This document shows, piece by piece, positions 50,769 through 58,994 of a DNA stretch of 64,000 bases. Under the pieces are notes generated by a model. It did no database searches. It had not been told where the DNA came from and saw only the letters and a program-made list of their open reading frames with translations. The translations under genes were made by a program, and so were the position numbers. The number at the start of each line of letters is the position of its first letter. Positions within the stretch are counted from its first letter, which is position 1. Source of the DNA: Acidobacteriota bacterium (lineage in GTDB: Bacteria > Acidobacteriota > UBA890 > WLXD01); the NCBI GenBank assembly GCA_963666215.2, contig CAXWPL010000002.1:288001-352000 (forward strand), given 5' to 3'.

Positions 50769-52175
50769 TCAGGCCAGTTCCTGGCGCCGCTGCCGCAAGG
50801 AGGTGCCGACCTCCACGCGAACCGCCTCGGGCACCTCGTGTCGCCGTGATTCGGCATCCCACCCGTCGAGCGCGTCGTCGATGTGCTGAAGGATGCGCTC
50901 GGGCCGCTTGATCGCGAAGGTGTGTGCGACGGCAAGCAGGTCGGCCCGAGTGATGCCGGCGACCTTGTCGTTGATCCGCATCTGATGGCGCTTGGTGAAG
51001 CCCTGGCCGCGGGCGAAAGTCACGTCGTAGGCGGGTGTGAGCCGCCAGTTCCCGTCGGGAGCCATGTGGAACGACAGGTTCTTGACGTGGTCGTCCTGGT
51101 TGATCGCCATGACGTTGAAGGCCATGCGGCGGAAGCCCTCTTGCACGGCGGCCGGCGGCATACCGAGCCGGAGGATGGTGCGCAGGTACTCCTCGTAGGA
51201 GCTGGCGCCGGGGTCGTTGTAGTCGACGTGGAGGGCGCCGCCGAGGGTGTGTTGGTGAAGGCGCCTTATGTCGGTCTTGGTCTCGGTCCCGGTCCCGGTC
51301 GCGCCGGCGGGTTCCTCGAGGTCGAATCGGCGGATCAGCAGGTGACGATGCTCGCCGGCGTGCAGGACCTGGACGTCGGCCATGTCGATGCCGGCGGCGC
51401 GGGCGAGCTGAGCGTAGACGACCTCGACTCGGTTGAAGGGCTGGGGGGCGCTCAGCACGTCCCCGCCGTTCGAGCTCGATGCGGTGGAGTCGGCCGGGAC
51501 CGAGGTTCCGGCGAGCCCCGAGAGTCCCGACAGTCCCGAGCTAGGGCCGACGCCGTCGAACTTGAGGATCGTGGGAACCTCGCCGGGGCGAGGCGTCGCG
51601 TAGGCGGAGCGCACGGTGCTGGCGACGGGATCATGCAGCACGACGGCCTTGGGACGCATGCCGCCCGCCGAAGAACCGACGCGGTAGATCTCGGGCACGG
51701 CGATCTCGGGTGTGCCGTCGACCTCTTCGAGCAGGCGTCGTGCGTCGCGCACCAGCGCGGCAATCTCGAGCGACTCCATATCGGCGGGCGACGACGGGAA
51801 CTGCTCGGCAGGATGGAAGGTGAGCGCGCCGATCGCGCGTTCGCCGATGTAAAGGAGCCGCTGCACCGGGCTCAGTGCGCGCTCGGCGTGGCCCCGGGCA
51901 CCGAAGTAGGCGCGGATCACGCGGTTCCCGAAGGCGTCGGGCAGCGCGTCGGCCACCACACCGGGCAAGCCGTCGAAGGCGGGCTTGGCGCGCAGCTCGT
52001 CGAAGACAATCGGGCCGCGGCGCTCGAGCGGCAGGTGGATAGGGGAGATCTCGAGCCCGGAGCGGGTGAACTCGGGGTCGTACTCGAAGACGACTCGCCC
52101 CGTATCGGTTTCGACGAGCGCGCCGACCGTGCGGTCCCAGAGCCTGACCTCGGCGTGCGCGAAGTCGGGGCTCAA
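50769..52175 (-). CDS. hipA: HipA-family toxin kinase
   Basis: N-terminal coupling domain (ISPIHLPL, DALPDAFG), SAGGMRPK, RRFD, NQDDHVKN, LTPAYD. Confidence 0.93.
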   Translation of the reverse strand: MSPDFAHAEVRLWDRTVGALVETDTGRVVFEYDPEFTRSGLEISPIHLPLERRGPIVFDELRAKPAFDGLPGVVADALPDAFGNRVIRAYFGARGHAERALSPVQRLLYIGERAIGALTFHPAEQFPSSPADMESLEIAALVRDARRLLEEVDGTPEIAVPEIYRVGSSAGGMRPKAVVLHDPVASTVRSAYATPRPGEVPTILKFDGVGPSSGLSGLSGLAGTSVPADSTASSSNGGDVLSAPQPFNRVEVVYAQLARAAGIDMADVQVLHAGEHRHLLIRRFDLEEPAGATGTGTETKTDIRRLHQHTLGGALHVDYNDPGASSYEEYLRTILRLGMPPAAVQEGFRRMAFNVMAINQDDHVKNLSFHMAPDGNWRLTPAYDVTFARGQGFTKRHQMRINDKVAGITRADLLAVAHTFAIKRPERILQHIDDALDGWDAESRRHEVPEAVRVEVGTSLRQRRQELA

Positions 52176-52453
52176 CGCCGGCCCCGGCGGCTGCGCGATT
52201 CTCGGAGGATCTGCATGGGCGAGATCTCGGGCTCACGCAGGAAGTCCTCGAGTGCCCCCACGCGGCCGTACACCCGCAACAGGCGTACCAGCGTCAGCAG
52301 CGTCGGGTTGTCACCGCGCTCGGCCCGCCCCACCGTGGTGCGGTCGAGCGCCGCACGCTCGGCGACTTCGGCCAACGTCAACCGCCGGGCCTTGCGCAGC
52401 GCGCGCAGCCGGCGCCCGAGCTCGACGAGTACCTCAGTGTCGGATGTCAACAT
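52172..52453 (-). CDS. hipB: XRE-family HTH antitoxin (HipB-like)
   Basis: LGRRLRALRKARRLTLAEVAERAALDRTTVGRAERG; 4-bp overlap with hipA. Confidence 0.88.
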   Translation of the reverse strand: MLTSDTEVLVELGRRLRALRKARRLTLAEVAERAALDRTTVGRAERGDNPTLLTLVRLLRVYGRVGALEDFLREPEISPMQILRESRSRRGRR

Positions 52454-52528
52454 GATGCTTATATACATCAAAACGGCGTAAAATCACCATATTGATGAAT
52501 TAATACATCATTTTGAATGAACCGGCAA
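52453..52528 (-). promoter_or_regulatory. hipBA promoter with two TGATG-N8-CATCA operators
   Basis: Palindromes at 52453-52470 and 52493-52510; TTGCCG-N17-TATTAA on the minus strand; AT-rich patch in GC-rich DNA. Confidence 0.75.
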
Positions 52529-52544
52529 GGACAATCCGACGACG

Positions 52545-52895
52545 GCCACCCCACTTGAGGTCGATCTCCACTCCGGCGTCGCCGGCCAGGTACGATCCGG
52601 ATTGGACATAGAGGTCGCCGTCGAGCACGAGCTCGGTGACGTCGCCCGGAAGGCTCGGGGCCAGTGTTACGTGCCCCGGCGAGCCCTGCGCCGTGAAGGT
52701 ATTGACGAAGAACGACTCGCCGCCGAGCACCTTGCGCATGGCCGACTTCAGCAGCCCGCCTTGCACTCCGCTCGTGACCTCGATGTTGGAGCTCATCGAC
52801 ACCATGGCGCCTGTCTCCGCTCGGATCGACTCCCCGGCACCGAGCTCGACGATGCCGAGGGCGTAGGCGGGGCGATGCTCAACGCGTACGTCCAT
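52545..52895 (-). pseudogene. TIGR00266/AIM24-family gene, truncated at the 3' end
   Basis: GESIRAETGAMVSM, GGESFFVN and LAPSLPGD are present; family-like sequence ends at DLKWGG after ~117 aa, about half the usual length. Confidence 0.8.
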
Positions 52896-52989
52896 CCGTT
52901 CTTCTCCTAGGTAGGTGACGTTTCGCAGGCCAGACCCGAGCCGGACGCTCGGAGCCCATGGATTCGGAGCCCATGCATCAGGTATGCCG

Positions 52990-54336
52990 CTAGAACGGAA
53001 GGTATTCGAGCCACGACGCCGGGATGATCTTGGTGATGTCCAGCGTCAGGACCACCACCATCAGCGACACCAGCATGATCAGCCCCACGTTCATGATGCG
53101 TTCCTTGACCTTCATGCTCAGGTCTCGGCGGATCACGCCCTCGAACAGGATCATGGCGATCTGGCCGCCATCGAGCACAGGGATCGGCAACAGATTCAGC
53201 AGGCCGAGCTGCAGGCTGATCATCGCCATGAACGAAAGCAGGGCCGTCGGTGACCCGGTCCGAGCGACCGCGCCGGAGAATCGCGCGATTTCGATGGGTC
53301 CCGAAAGTGTGCGCACCGACATGCGTCCGGTGAACAGGCGACCGACGACCTCGCCCACGAACAGCGTCTGCCGGCGCAGCTCGGAGCCGGCGCGAACGAG
53401 TGCTTCGCCGAACCCGTAGCGGCGGATCTTGCTGAGGAGCGCCGCGTCGGCGCCGAAGCCGACCGTGACGATCCCCGCATCGTCGGTTTGCGGTGTGAGC
53501 GACGTCTCGAACGTTTCGCCGCCGCGTTCCACCGTCAGCGCTGTGAGCATGTCGGCGCGCTCGATCAGGGCCTCTGCCATGCGGTTGAAGTGGCTTACCG
53601 CCTCGCCGTCGACGGCCACGATGAGATCGCCGGGCTGCAGTCCCGCCGCTTCGGCGATGCCGCCCTCCTCTACAAGGCCTACCTGCGGCGCCAGCGGCGG
53701 GGCAACGCCGATGTACCCGGCGCGCGAGCGGGCGTCACTTTCGCGCGGCGTGATGGGGATACTGAGGCGCTGGCTGCCGCGCTCGATTCCGAACAGTAGC
53801 TCTTCGTTGGCCGAGATCAGGATCTGCAACCGGAACTGTTCCCAGTTCGGCACGATCTCGTTGTTGATCGTGACCACACGATCGCCTGCTCGCAAGCCAG
53901 CGCTGGCCGCCGCGGTGTCGGCCTCGATGAGGCCGATCGTGACCGGGTCGTCGGCTTCCGCCGGGACTCGGATGCCCACCACATAGACGCTCGTGAAAAG
54001 CACGTAGGCGAGCACCACGTTCATCGCCGGGCCCATCACCAGCACCAAGAAGCGCTGCCATTTGGGCTTGCCCAGGTACTCGTTGTCGGCGCCGCGCAGC
54101 TTCTCGTCGGGGTTCTCACCCACCATCTTCACGTAGCCGCCGAGCGGCAACGCGCTGAGCCGGTAGTCGGTGTCGCCGCGCTTGAAACCGGCCACCCTCT
54201 TGCCGAACCCGAGCGAAAAGACCTCGACCCCGATGCCGAACGCCTTCGCCATGGCGAAGTGGCCGAACTCGTGGATGAAGATCATCACGCCGAGAACGAA
54301 GAGCAGCGCCAGAATGTTGGTGAGGACGTCGAACAT
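52990..54336 (-). CDS. rseP: RIP metalloprotease RseP
   Basis: HEFGH, PLGGYVKM, two PDZ-like domains, NLLPIPVLDGG. Confidence 0.95.
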   Translation of the reverse strand: MFDVLTNILALLFVLGVMIFIHEFGHFAMAKAFGIGVEVFSLGFGKRVAGFKRGDTDYRLSALPLGGYVKMVGENPDEKLRGADNEYLGKPKWQRFLVLVMGPAMNVVLAYVLFTSVYVVGIRVPAEADDPVTIGLIEADTAAASAGLRAGDRVVTINNEIVPNWEQFRLQILISANEELLFGIERGSQRLSIPITPRESDARSRAGYIGVAPPLAPQVGLVEEGGIAEAAGLQPGDLIVAVDGEAVSHFNRMAEALIERADMLTALTVERGGETFETSLTPQTDDAGIVTVGFGADAALLSKIRRYGFGEALVRAGSELRRQTLFVGEVVGRLFTGRMSVRTLSGPIEIARFSGAVARTGSPTALLSFMAMISLQLGLLNLLPIPVLDGGQIAMILFEGVIRRDLSMKVKERIMNVGLIMLVSLMVVVLTLDITKIIPASWLEYLPF

Positions 54337-54499
54337 GGTCATCTCGGAAGCGGGGGAAGCTCGGAATCGACGGTAGGACAACTGTAGCAGCCGTTGGCGG
54401 CGGTGCGCTCGCGGCTGCTGGCCACCGGCGGTGAAGGCTTGGCGGGCGGAGCGCCCGCGAGCGCGAACGGGCAGCAGAGCTCGAGTAGGTCGGGTTACT

Positions 54500-55309
54500 T
54501 CAGTAGAAGACGCTCGAGGTCAGCAACAGATAAAGCGCGAGTCCCGCCGGCAGTTGGCCGTCGATCCGGTCAAAGATCCCGCCGTGTCCCGGGAGAAGGT
54601 TGGAGGAGTCTTTCGTGGCGGCCGCACGCTTGAGAGCCGACTCCATCAGGTCGCCGCATTGCCCGATGGCACCCAGAGCGGCCCCGAGGCCCGCTCCCAC
54701 ACCGACTCCCAACCCCAGCGATGAGAAATCGGCGAGAGTGGCGATCAGCTCGCCGGCTGCGGCGCTCATCAGAAGGCCGGCAACTGCGCCGGCACGGGTC
54801 TTCTTGGGGGATAGCGTGGGCGCCAGCGGCGTGCGCCCGAACTGCTTGCCGCCGTAGTACGCACCGATGTCGCCGGCGGCAACCGTGATCCAGACGAAGC
54901 TGAGCCAGACAACGCCGTGGGCGTACTGACGTATGCCGATCTGCGCCCCGAGCATGACGCCGATCCAAATGCACCCGCCGATGGTCGCGGCTACCGCTTG
55001 CAGGGTCCGCACTGCTGAGCCGTCCTTCACCACGCTGGCGACGATGGCCATCACCGAGCCCAGAAGGAATGCGCCGCCGACAACGAGCGGCGTCACCTCA
55101 GGGGTTCGGAACGAAGCGGCGCAGCCCACGGCGAGCACGAGGCCGAACCCTTTGAACGGTCGCGCTCCGGCCGATGCAGCCAGGTTCGCGAACTCGTTCC
55201 ATGCGCCGGCTGCAACCAGCAGCACGACCGCGAAGAACAGCCACGTTGGGCCGAGCAACGCACCGGCGGCAATGGCGATCAGCACCGCCGCCGTGACAAT
55301 GCGTGTCAT
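54500..55309 (-). CDS. cdsA: Phosphatidate cytidylyltransferase
   Basis: DIGAY, SPKKT, GDLMESALKR, KDS, PGHGGIFDRID. Confidence 0.95.
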   Translation of the reverse strand: MTRIVTAAVLIAIAAGALLGPTWLFFAVVLLVAAGAWNEFANLAASAGARPFKGFGLVLAVGCAASFRTPEVTPLVVGGAFLLGSVMAIVASVVKDGSAVRTLQAVAATIGGCIWIGVMLGAQIGIRQYAHGVVWLSFVWITVAAGDIGAYYGGKQFGRTPLAPTLSPKKTRAGAVAGLLMSAAAGELIATLADFSSLGLGVGVGAGLGAALGAIGQCGDLMESALKRAAATKDSSNLLPGHGGIFDRIDGQLPAGLALYLLLTSSVFY

Positions 55310-55331
55310 GGGCAGCCGATCTCGTGTAGCA

Positions 55332-56381
55332 CTAGGACGAGCCTCGTTCGCGGCTGCTGCCACCACCGGTTTCGAGCGTGGAAGCCCCGTAGCCGCCGGG
55401 CCGGTCGTGGTGCCAGCGCCAGGCGTCTTCGATGACCGTGCGGAGGTCCGAGCGCGACGGCCTCCAGCCGAGCTGCTCGGCAGCGCGTGTGCTTCCTGAC
55501 GTGAGGAAGGGGGGATCGCCGGCTCGCGGGGCGACGAGCTCCGTGGGGATGGCGTGTCCGGTGACTTGCCGCGCCATCTCCACGACCTCGAGCACGCTAC
55601 TGCCGGCGCCCGTCCCGAGGTTGAAGACGTGCCAGTCGTTCCCGGTTCCGTCCCCGCCGACGAGAGACATCATAGCCAGCACGTGGGCGTCGGCGAGATC
55701 GGACACATGGACGTAGTCGCGCACACCGGTGCCGTCGGGCGTGTCGAAGTCGCTGCCGAAGATCTTGAGGGCTTGGCGCTGCCCGAGAGCCACGGTCAGG
55801 ACCGCGGGAATCAGGTTGCTGGCCGGCGTCTTGTCCTCGCCGAGGCGACCCTCGTTGCCTGCGCCGGCGGCGTTGAAGTAACGCAGGCAGGTTCCGCGCA
55901 GGCCGTACGCTTCGCTGTAGAAACGTATCGCCCGATCGACGGCGAGCTTCGTGGCCCCGTACGCGTTCATGGGCCGCGGGCACGCGGTTTCGTCGAGCGG
56001 TTGTTGACCCTCAACCGGGCCGTAGACGGCGCAGGTCGAGGAGTGGATCACCCACGGAACCGAGACCTCGACCATCCAGTCGAGCAACGCCAGGCTGTCG
56101 ACGACGTTGGTGGCGTAGTAGGTGGACGGCGATTCCATGGATTCGCCCACCGAGCACTTGGCGGCCATGTGCATGACGCCGTCAGGCCGATCCGACGACA
56201 GGCCGCGCAGCAGCGCCACGTCGCCGCAGCTGCCAACGACGAGTCTCGCCTGCTCGGACAGCGAGTCGCGATGCCCCGACGAAAGATCGTCGACCACCGT
56301 GACCCTATGGCCTCCACTGATCAGCGTATGGACGATGTTGCTGCCGACGTAGCCGGCGCCACCCGTAACAAGGACGTGCAT
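55332..56381 (-). CDS. galE: UDP-glucose 4-epimerase
   Basis: TGGAGYVGS, VGES, YGATK, RYFNAAGA, DGTGVRDYVHV. Confidence 0.93.
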   Translation of the reverse strand: MHVLVTGGAGYVGSNIVHTLISGGHRVTVVDDLSSGHRDSLSEQARLVVGSCGDVALLRGLSSDRPDGVMHMAAKCSVGESMESPSTYYATNVVDSLALLDWMVEVSVPWVIHSSTCAVYGPVEGQQPLDETACPRPMNAYGATKLAVDRAIRFYSEAYGLRGTCLRYFNAAGAGNEGRLGEDKTPASNLIPAVLTVALGQRQALKIFGSDFDTPDGTGVRDYVHVSDLADAHVLAMMSLVGGDGTGNDWHVFNLGTGAGSSVLEVVEMARQVTGHAIPTELVAPRAGDPPFLTSGSTRAAEQLGWRPSRSDLRTVIEDAWRWHHDRPGGYGASTLETGGGSSRERGSS

Positions 56382-56466
56382 CTGCGGGTCCGGTCTGGAG
56401 ATCGAAAGCGCTTGGTCGGCCAGTGTACGCGAACGCGATGCCGTGGTTGATGCTGTGACGGGGCCG

Positions 56467-57204
56467 CTAGTAGTCGACGCGCATGAGGCAGAGCCCGTGT
56501 GCGGGCGCCGTGGTGCCCGCCCGCTGGCGGTCGCCGTTTCGCGCCAGCTCGGCGAGTGTCTCCGGGGTCCGGACGCCGTAGCCCACTTCGACGAGTGTGC
56601 CGACGATGCCGCGCACGACACGCCGCAGGAAGCTCCGTCCGACTACCGACACGCGGATTAGGTCGCTTTCCCCCGCGCCGGTGAGGATCTCGACCGAGTC
56701 GATGTGGCGCTTGGTTTTTCCGGGATTCGGACAGGTTGCGAACGCCGCCATGTCAACGATCCCGCACAGGTGGCCGGCAGCCTCTCGCATGGCACCGAGT
56801 GCGAGCGGGCGTGGCTGATGCCAGGCGTACGGTGCTCGAAATGGAGAGGCGATCGTGGCGGGGTCGAGGCTATAGACGTAGTGCTTGCGAACAGCGCCAT
56901 AGCGCGCGTGGAAAGCAGCCTCCTCGGACTGAGCCTCCAGAACCCGGACGTCCCAGGGCAGGCGTGCGTTGAGTGCTTTTCTCCACGCGGCCAGCGTCAG
57001 CCGGTCGGGCACATCCACGTGGGCGACCTGGCCTTCGGCATGCACACCGGCGTCGGTGCGTCCGGCCGCCACGATCAGAGCGGGTTCCTGGAGGATGGAG
57101 CTGGCCGCCTCCTCGAGTACCCCCTGTACGGTTCGTACGGCGGGCTGCCGCTGCCACCCGGAGAACGCCGTTCCCACGTACGCGAGTGTGAGTTTGAGAC
57201 GCAT
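56467..57204 (-). CDS. truA: tRNA pseudouridine(38-40) synthase
   Basis: GWQRQ, AGRTDAGVHA, FHAR, VRGIVG, TAPAHGL. Confidence 0.95.
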   Translation of the reverse strand: MRLKLTLAYVGTAFSGWQRQPAVRTVQGVLEEAASSILQEPALIVAAGRTDAGVHAEGQVAHVDVPDRLTLAAWRKALNARLPWDVRVLEAQSEEAAFHARYGAVRKHYVYSLDPATIASPFRAPYAWHQPRPLALGAMREAAGHLCGIVDMAAFATCPNPGKTKRHIDSVEILTGAGESDLIRVSVVGRSFLRRVVRGIVGTLVEVGYGVRTPETLAELARNGDRQRAGTTAPAHGLCLMRVDY

Positions 57205-57364
57205 CTGGCGATGCTATCCTGATGCGTCATGAGCGACGCGTCGGCATCTGTTGCCCGGCCGACCCCACGCTCGATCCGCGTTCAACTCGGCAACAGGTTT
57301 CCGCCAATTCACCGGCGCCCGCCGCGAGCAACGACTCCGCACCGCCGACCTCATTCTGCGTACG

Positions 57365-57877
57365 ATGGCCATCCTTTCGATTGTCAAATTCCCAGACGCT
57401 CGCTTGACGACGCCATGCGAGCCGGTCGAACGCTTCGACGAGGAGCTCCGCCGCCTGGCGGCCGATCTGATCGAGACCATGCACGCGGCCCCAGGGGTTG
57501 GCCTCGCCGCGCCTCAGGTGGGCCGGACGGAGCGCCTTGCCGTCGTGGATCTCTCGGTGGGGGAGGAGAACGACGAACTGTTTGTGCTCGTCAATCCGAC
57601 CGTCGTCGAGGAGAGCGGCCGTGAGCGCGACGACGAGGGATGCTTGTCGTTTCCGGAGCTCACGCTGGCGGTGACCCGCCCGCAACGCGTCGTGGTCGAG
57701 GCCTTCGACCTCGACGGCGAGCCGTACCGCATCGAGGCGGACGAGCTGCTTGCGCGCTGCCTGCGCCACGAGATCGACCACCTCGATGGCGTGCTGTTCA
57801 TCGATCGCGTTAGCCCACTCAAGCGAGATCTGGCGCTCCGCAAGATCGACAGGAAGATCCGCGCGGGCGAGTGGTAG
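57365..57877 (+). CDS. def: Peptide deformylase
   Basis: GVGLAAPQ, EGCLS, HEIDHLDG. Confidence 0.96.
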   Translation: MAILSIVKFPDARLTTPCEPVERFDEELRRLAADLIETMHAAPGVGLAAPQVGRTERLAVVDLSVGEENDELFVLVNPTVVEESGRERDDEGCLSFPELTLAVTRPQRVVVEAFDLDGEPYRIEADELLARCLRHEIDHLDGVLFIDRVSPLKRDLALRKIDRKIRAGEW

Positions 57878-58962
57878 AACGCTTGCGACTCCTCTTTCTG
57901 GGTACGCCCGAGTTCTCCGTTCCGACCCTCCGCGCGCTGCTCGAGCGACACGAGGTGGCCGCCGTCGTTACGAGGCCCGACAAGCCGAGCGGACGAGGTC
58001 GCAAAACGACTTCATCTGCCACCAAGCGCTGCGCGCTGTCGGCCGGGATTGTGGTTGAACAGCCGTCGACACTGCGCACGACTGAGGCCCAGCAATGTCT
58101 GGCCGCCTACGAGCCCGACGCGATTGTCGTGGTGTCCTACGGGCTCATCCTGCCGCCGGAGATCTTGCGAATTCCGCGGCTCGGGTGTGTGAATCTGCAC
58201 GCCTCGCTGTTGCCGCGGCATCGCGGGGCGAGTCCGATCGCCGCTGCGATCCTCGCCGGCGACAGCGAGACAGGCGTCACCACAATGCTCATGGATGAAG
58301 GCCTGGATACGGGTGCGATCCTGGAACAGCGTCGGATCGTCATCGGTCCCGACGCGACCACAGGAACGCTGAGCGAACAACTCGCCCAAATGGGAGGCGA
58401 GCTGATGCTCGGGACTTTGCGGCAACTCGAGCTCGGCGAGATCGTGCCGCAGCCCCAGGACGAGCGGCAGGCCACCATGACTCGGCTGGCGCGCAAGCAG
58501 GACGGCGAGATTGACTGGCGTTTGCCCGCCCCACACATCGAGCGCCACGTTCGCGCCATGCAGCCATGGCCGGGCGCGTGGACGACGAGCGGCGGCGAGC
58601 GGGTGCTGGCGTGGGGCGTTCGTGTTGCCGAGGCAGAGGAGTCGGGCGATGGTCGAGTGCTTGTGGACGACGAAGTCGAGGCCGACAACGCGTGCGCATC
58701 TCCTTCGCGCCTATCCGGCACGTTGGTGGCGGTCGACCCGAGGCCCCTTGTGATGTGTGGTGGCGGGGCGAAGCCGAAAGACGCCGGCGAAGGGGTCTCC
58801 GCCGAGAAGACGGAGTTGCTCGAACTGGTCGAGCTGCAGCGGGCCGGTCGAAGACGCCTGCCGGCGGCCGAGGTCGTACGCGGCATGCGCCTTTCGGTAG
58901 GCGATCGGTTGGGCACCAACGACAGCACCGCCGAGCTCGGCGTTGCCGAATCGTTGGCCTGA
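57871..58962 (+). CDS. fmt: Methionyl-tRNA formyltransferase
   Basis: FLGTPEF, NLHASLLPRHRGASPI, GLDTG. Confidence 0.95.
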   Translation: MVERLRLLFLGTPEFSVPTLRALLERHEVAAVVTRPDKPSGRGRKTTSSATKRCALSAGIVVEQPSTLRTTEAQQCLAAYEPDAIVVVSYGLILPPEILRIPRLGCVNLHASLLPRHRGASPIAAAILAGDSETGVTTMLMDEGLDTGAILEQRRIVIGPDATTGTLSEQLAQMGGELMLGTLRQLELGEIVPQPQDERQATMTRLARKQDGEIDWRLPAPHIERHVRAMQPWPGAWTTSGGERVLAWGVRVAEAEESGDGRVLVDDEVEADNACASPSRLSGTLVAVDPRPLVMCGGGAKPKDAGEGVSAEKTELLELVELQRAGRRRLPAAEVVRGMRLSVGDRLGTNDSTAELGVAESLA

Positions 58963-58994
58963 GACCCAGATCTGGACCTGGAGCTGACGCGAGG

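Noticed and set aside
50549-50769. Possible coding relic (GDVFGGFRARQHHLPLDLHGKGKG) or element end between M24 and hipA
   Set aside because: No recognisable family or inverted repeat; cannot be supported without BLASTX.
52949-52975. Short direct repeat tcggagcccatg x2 after rseP
   Set aside because: Only two 12-bp copies; probably slippage, not a CRISPR or functional array.
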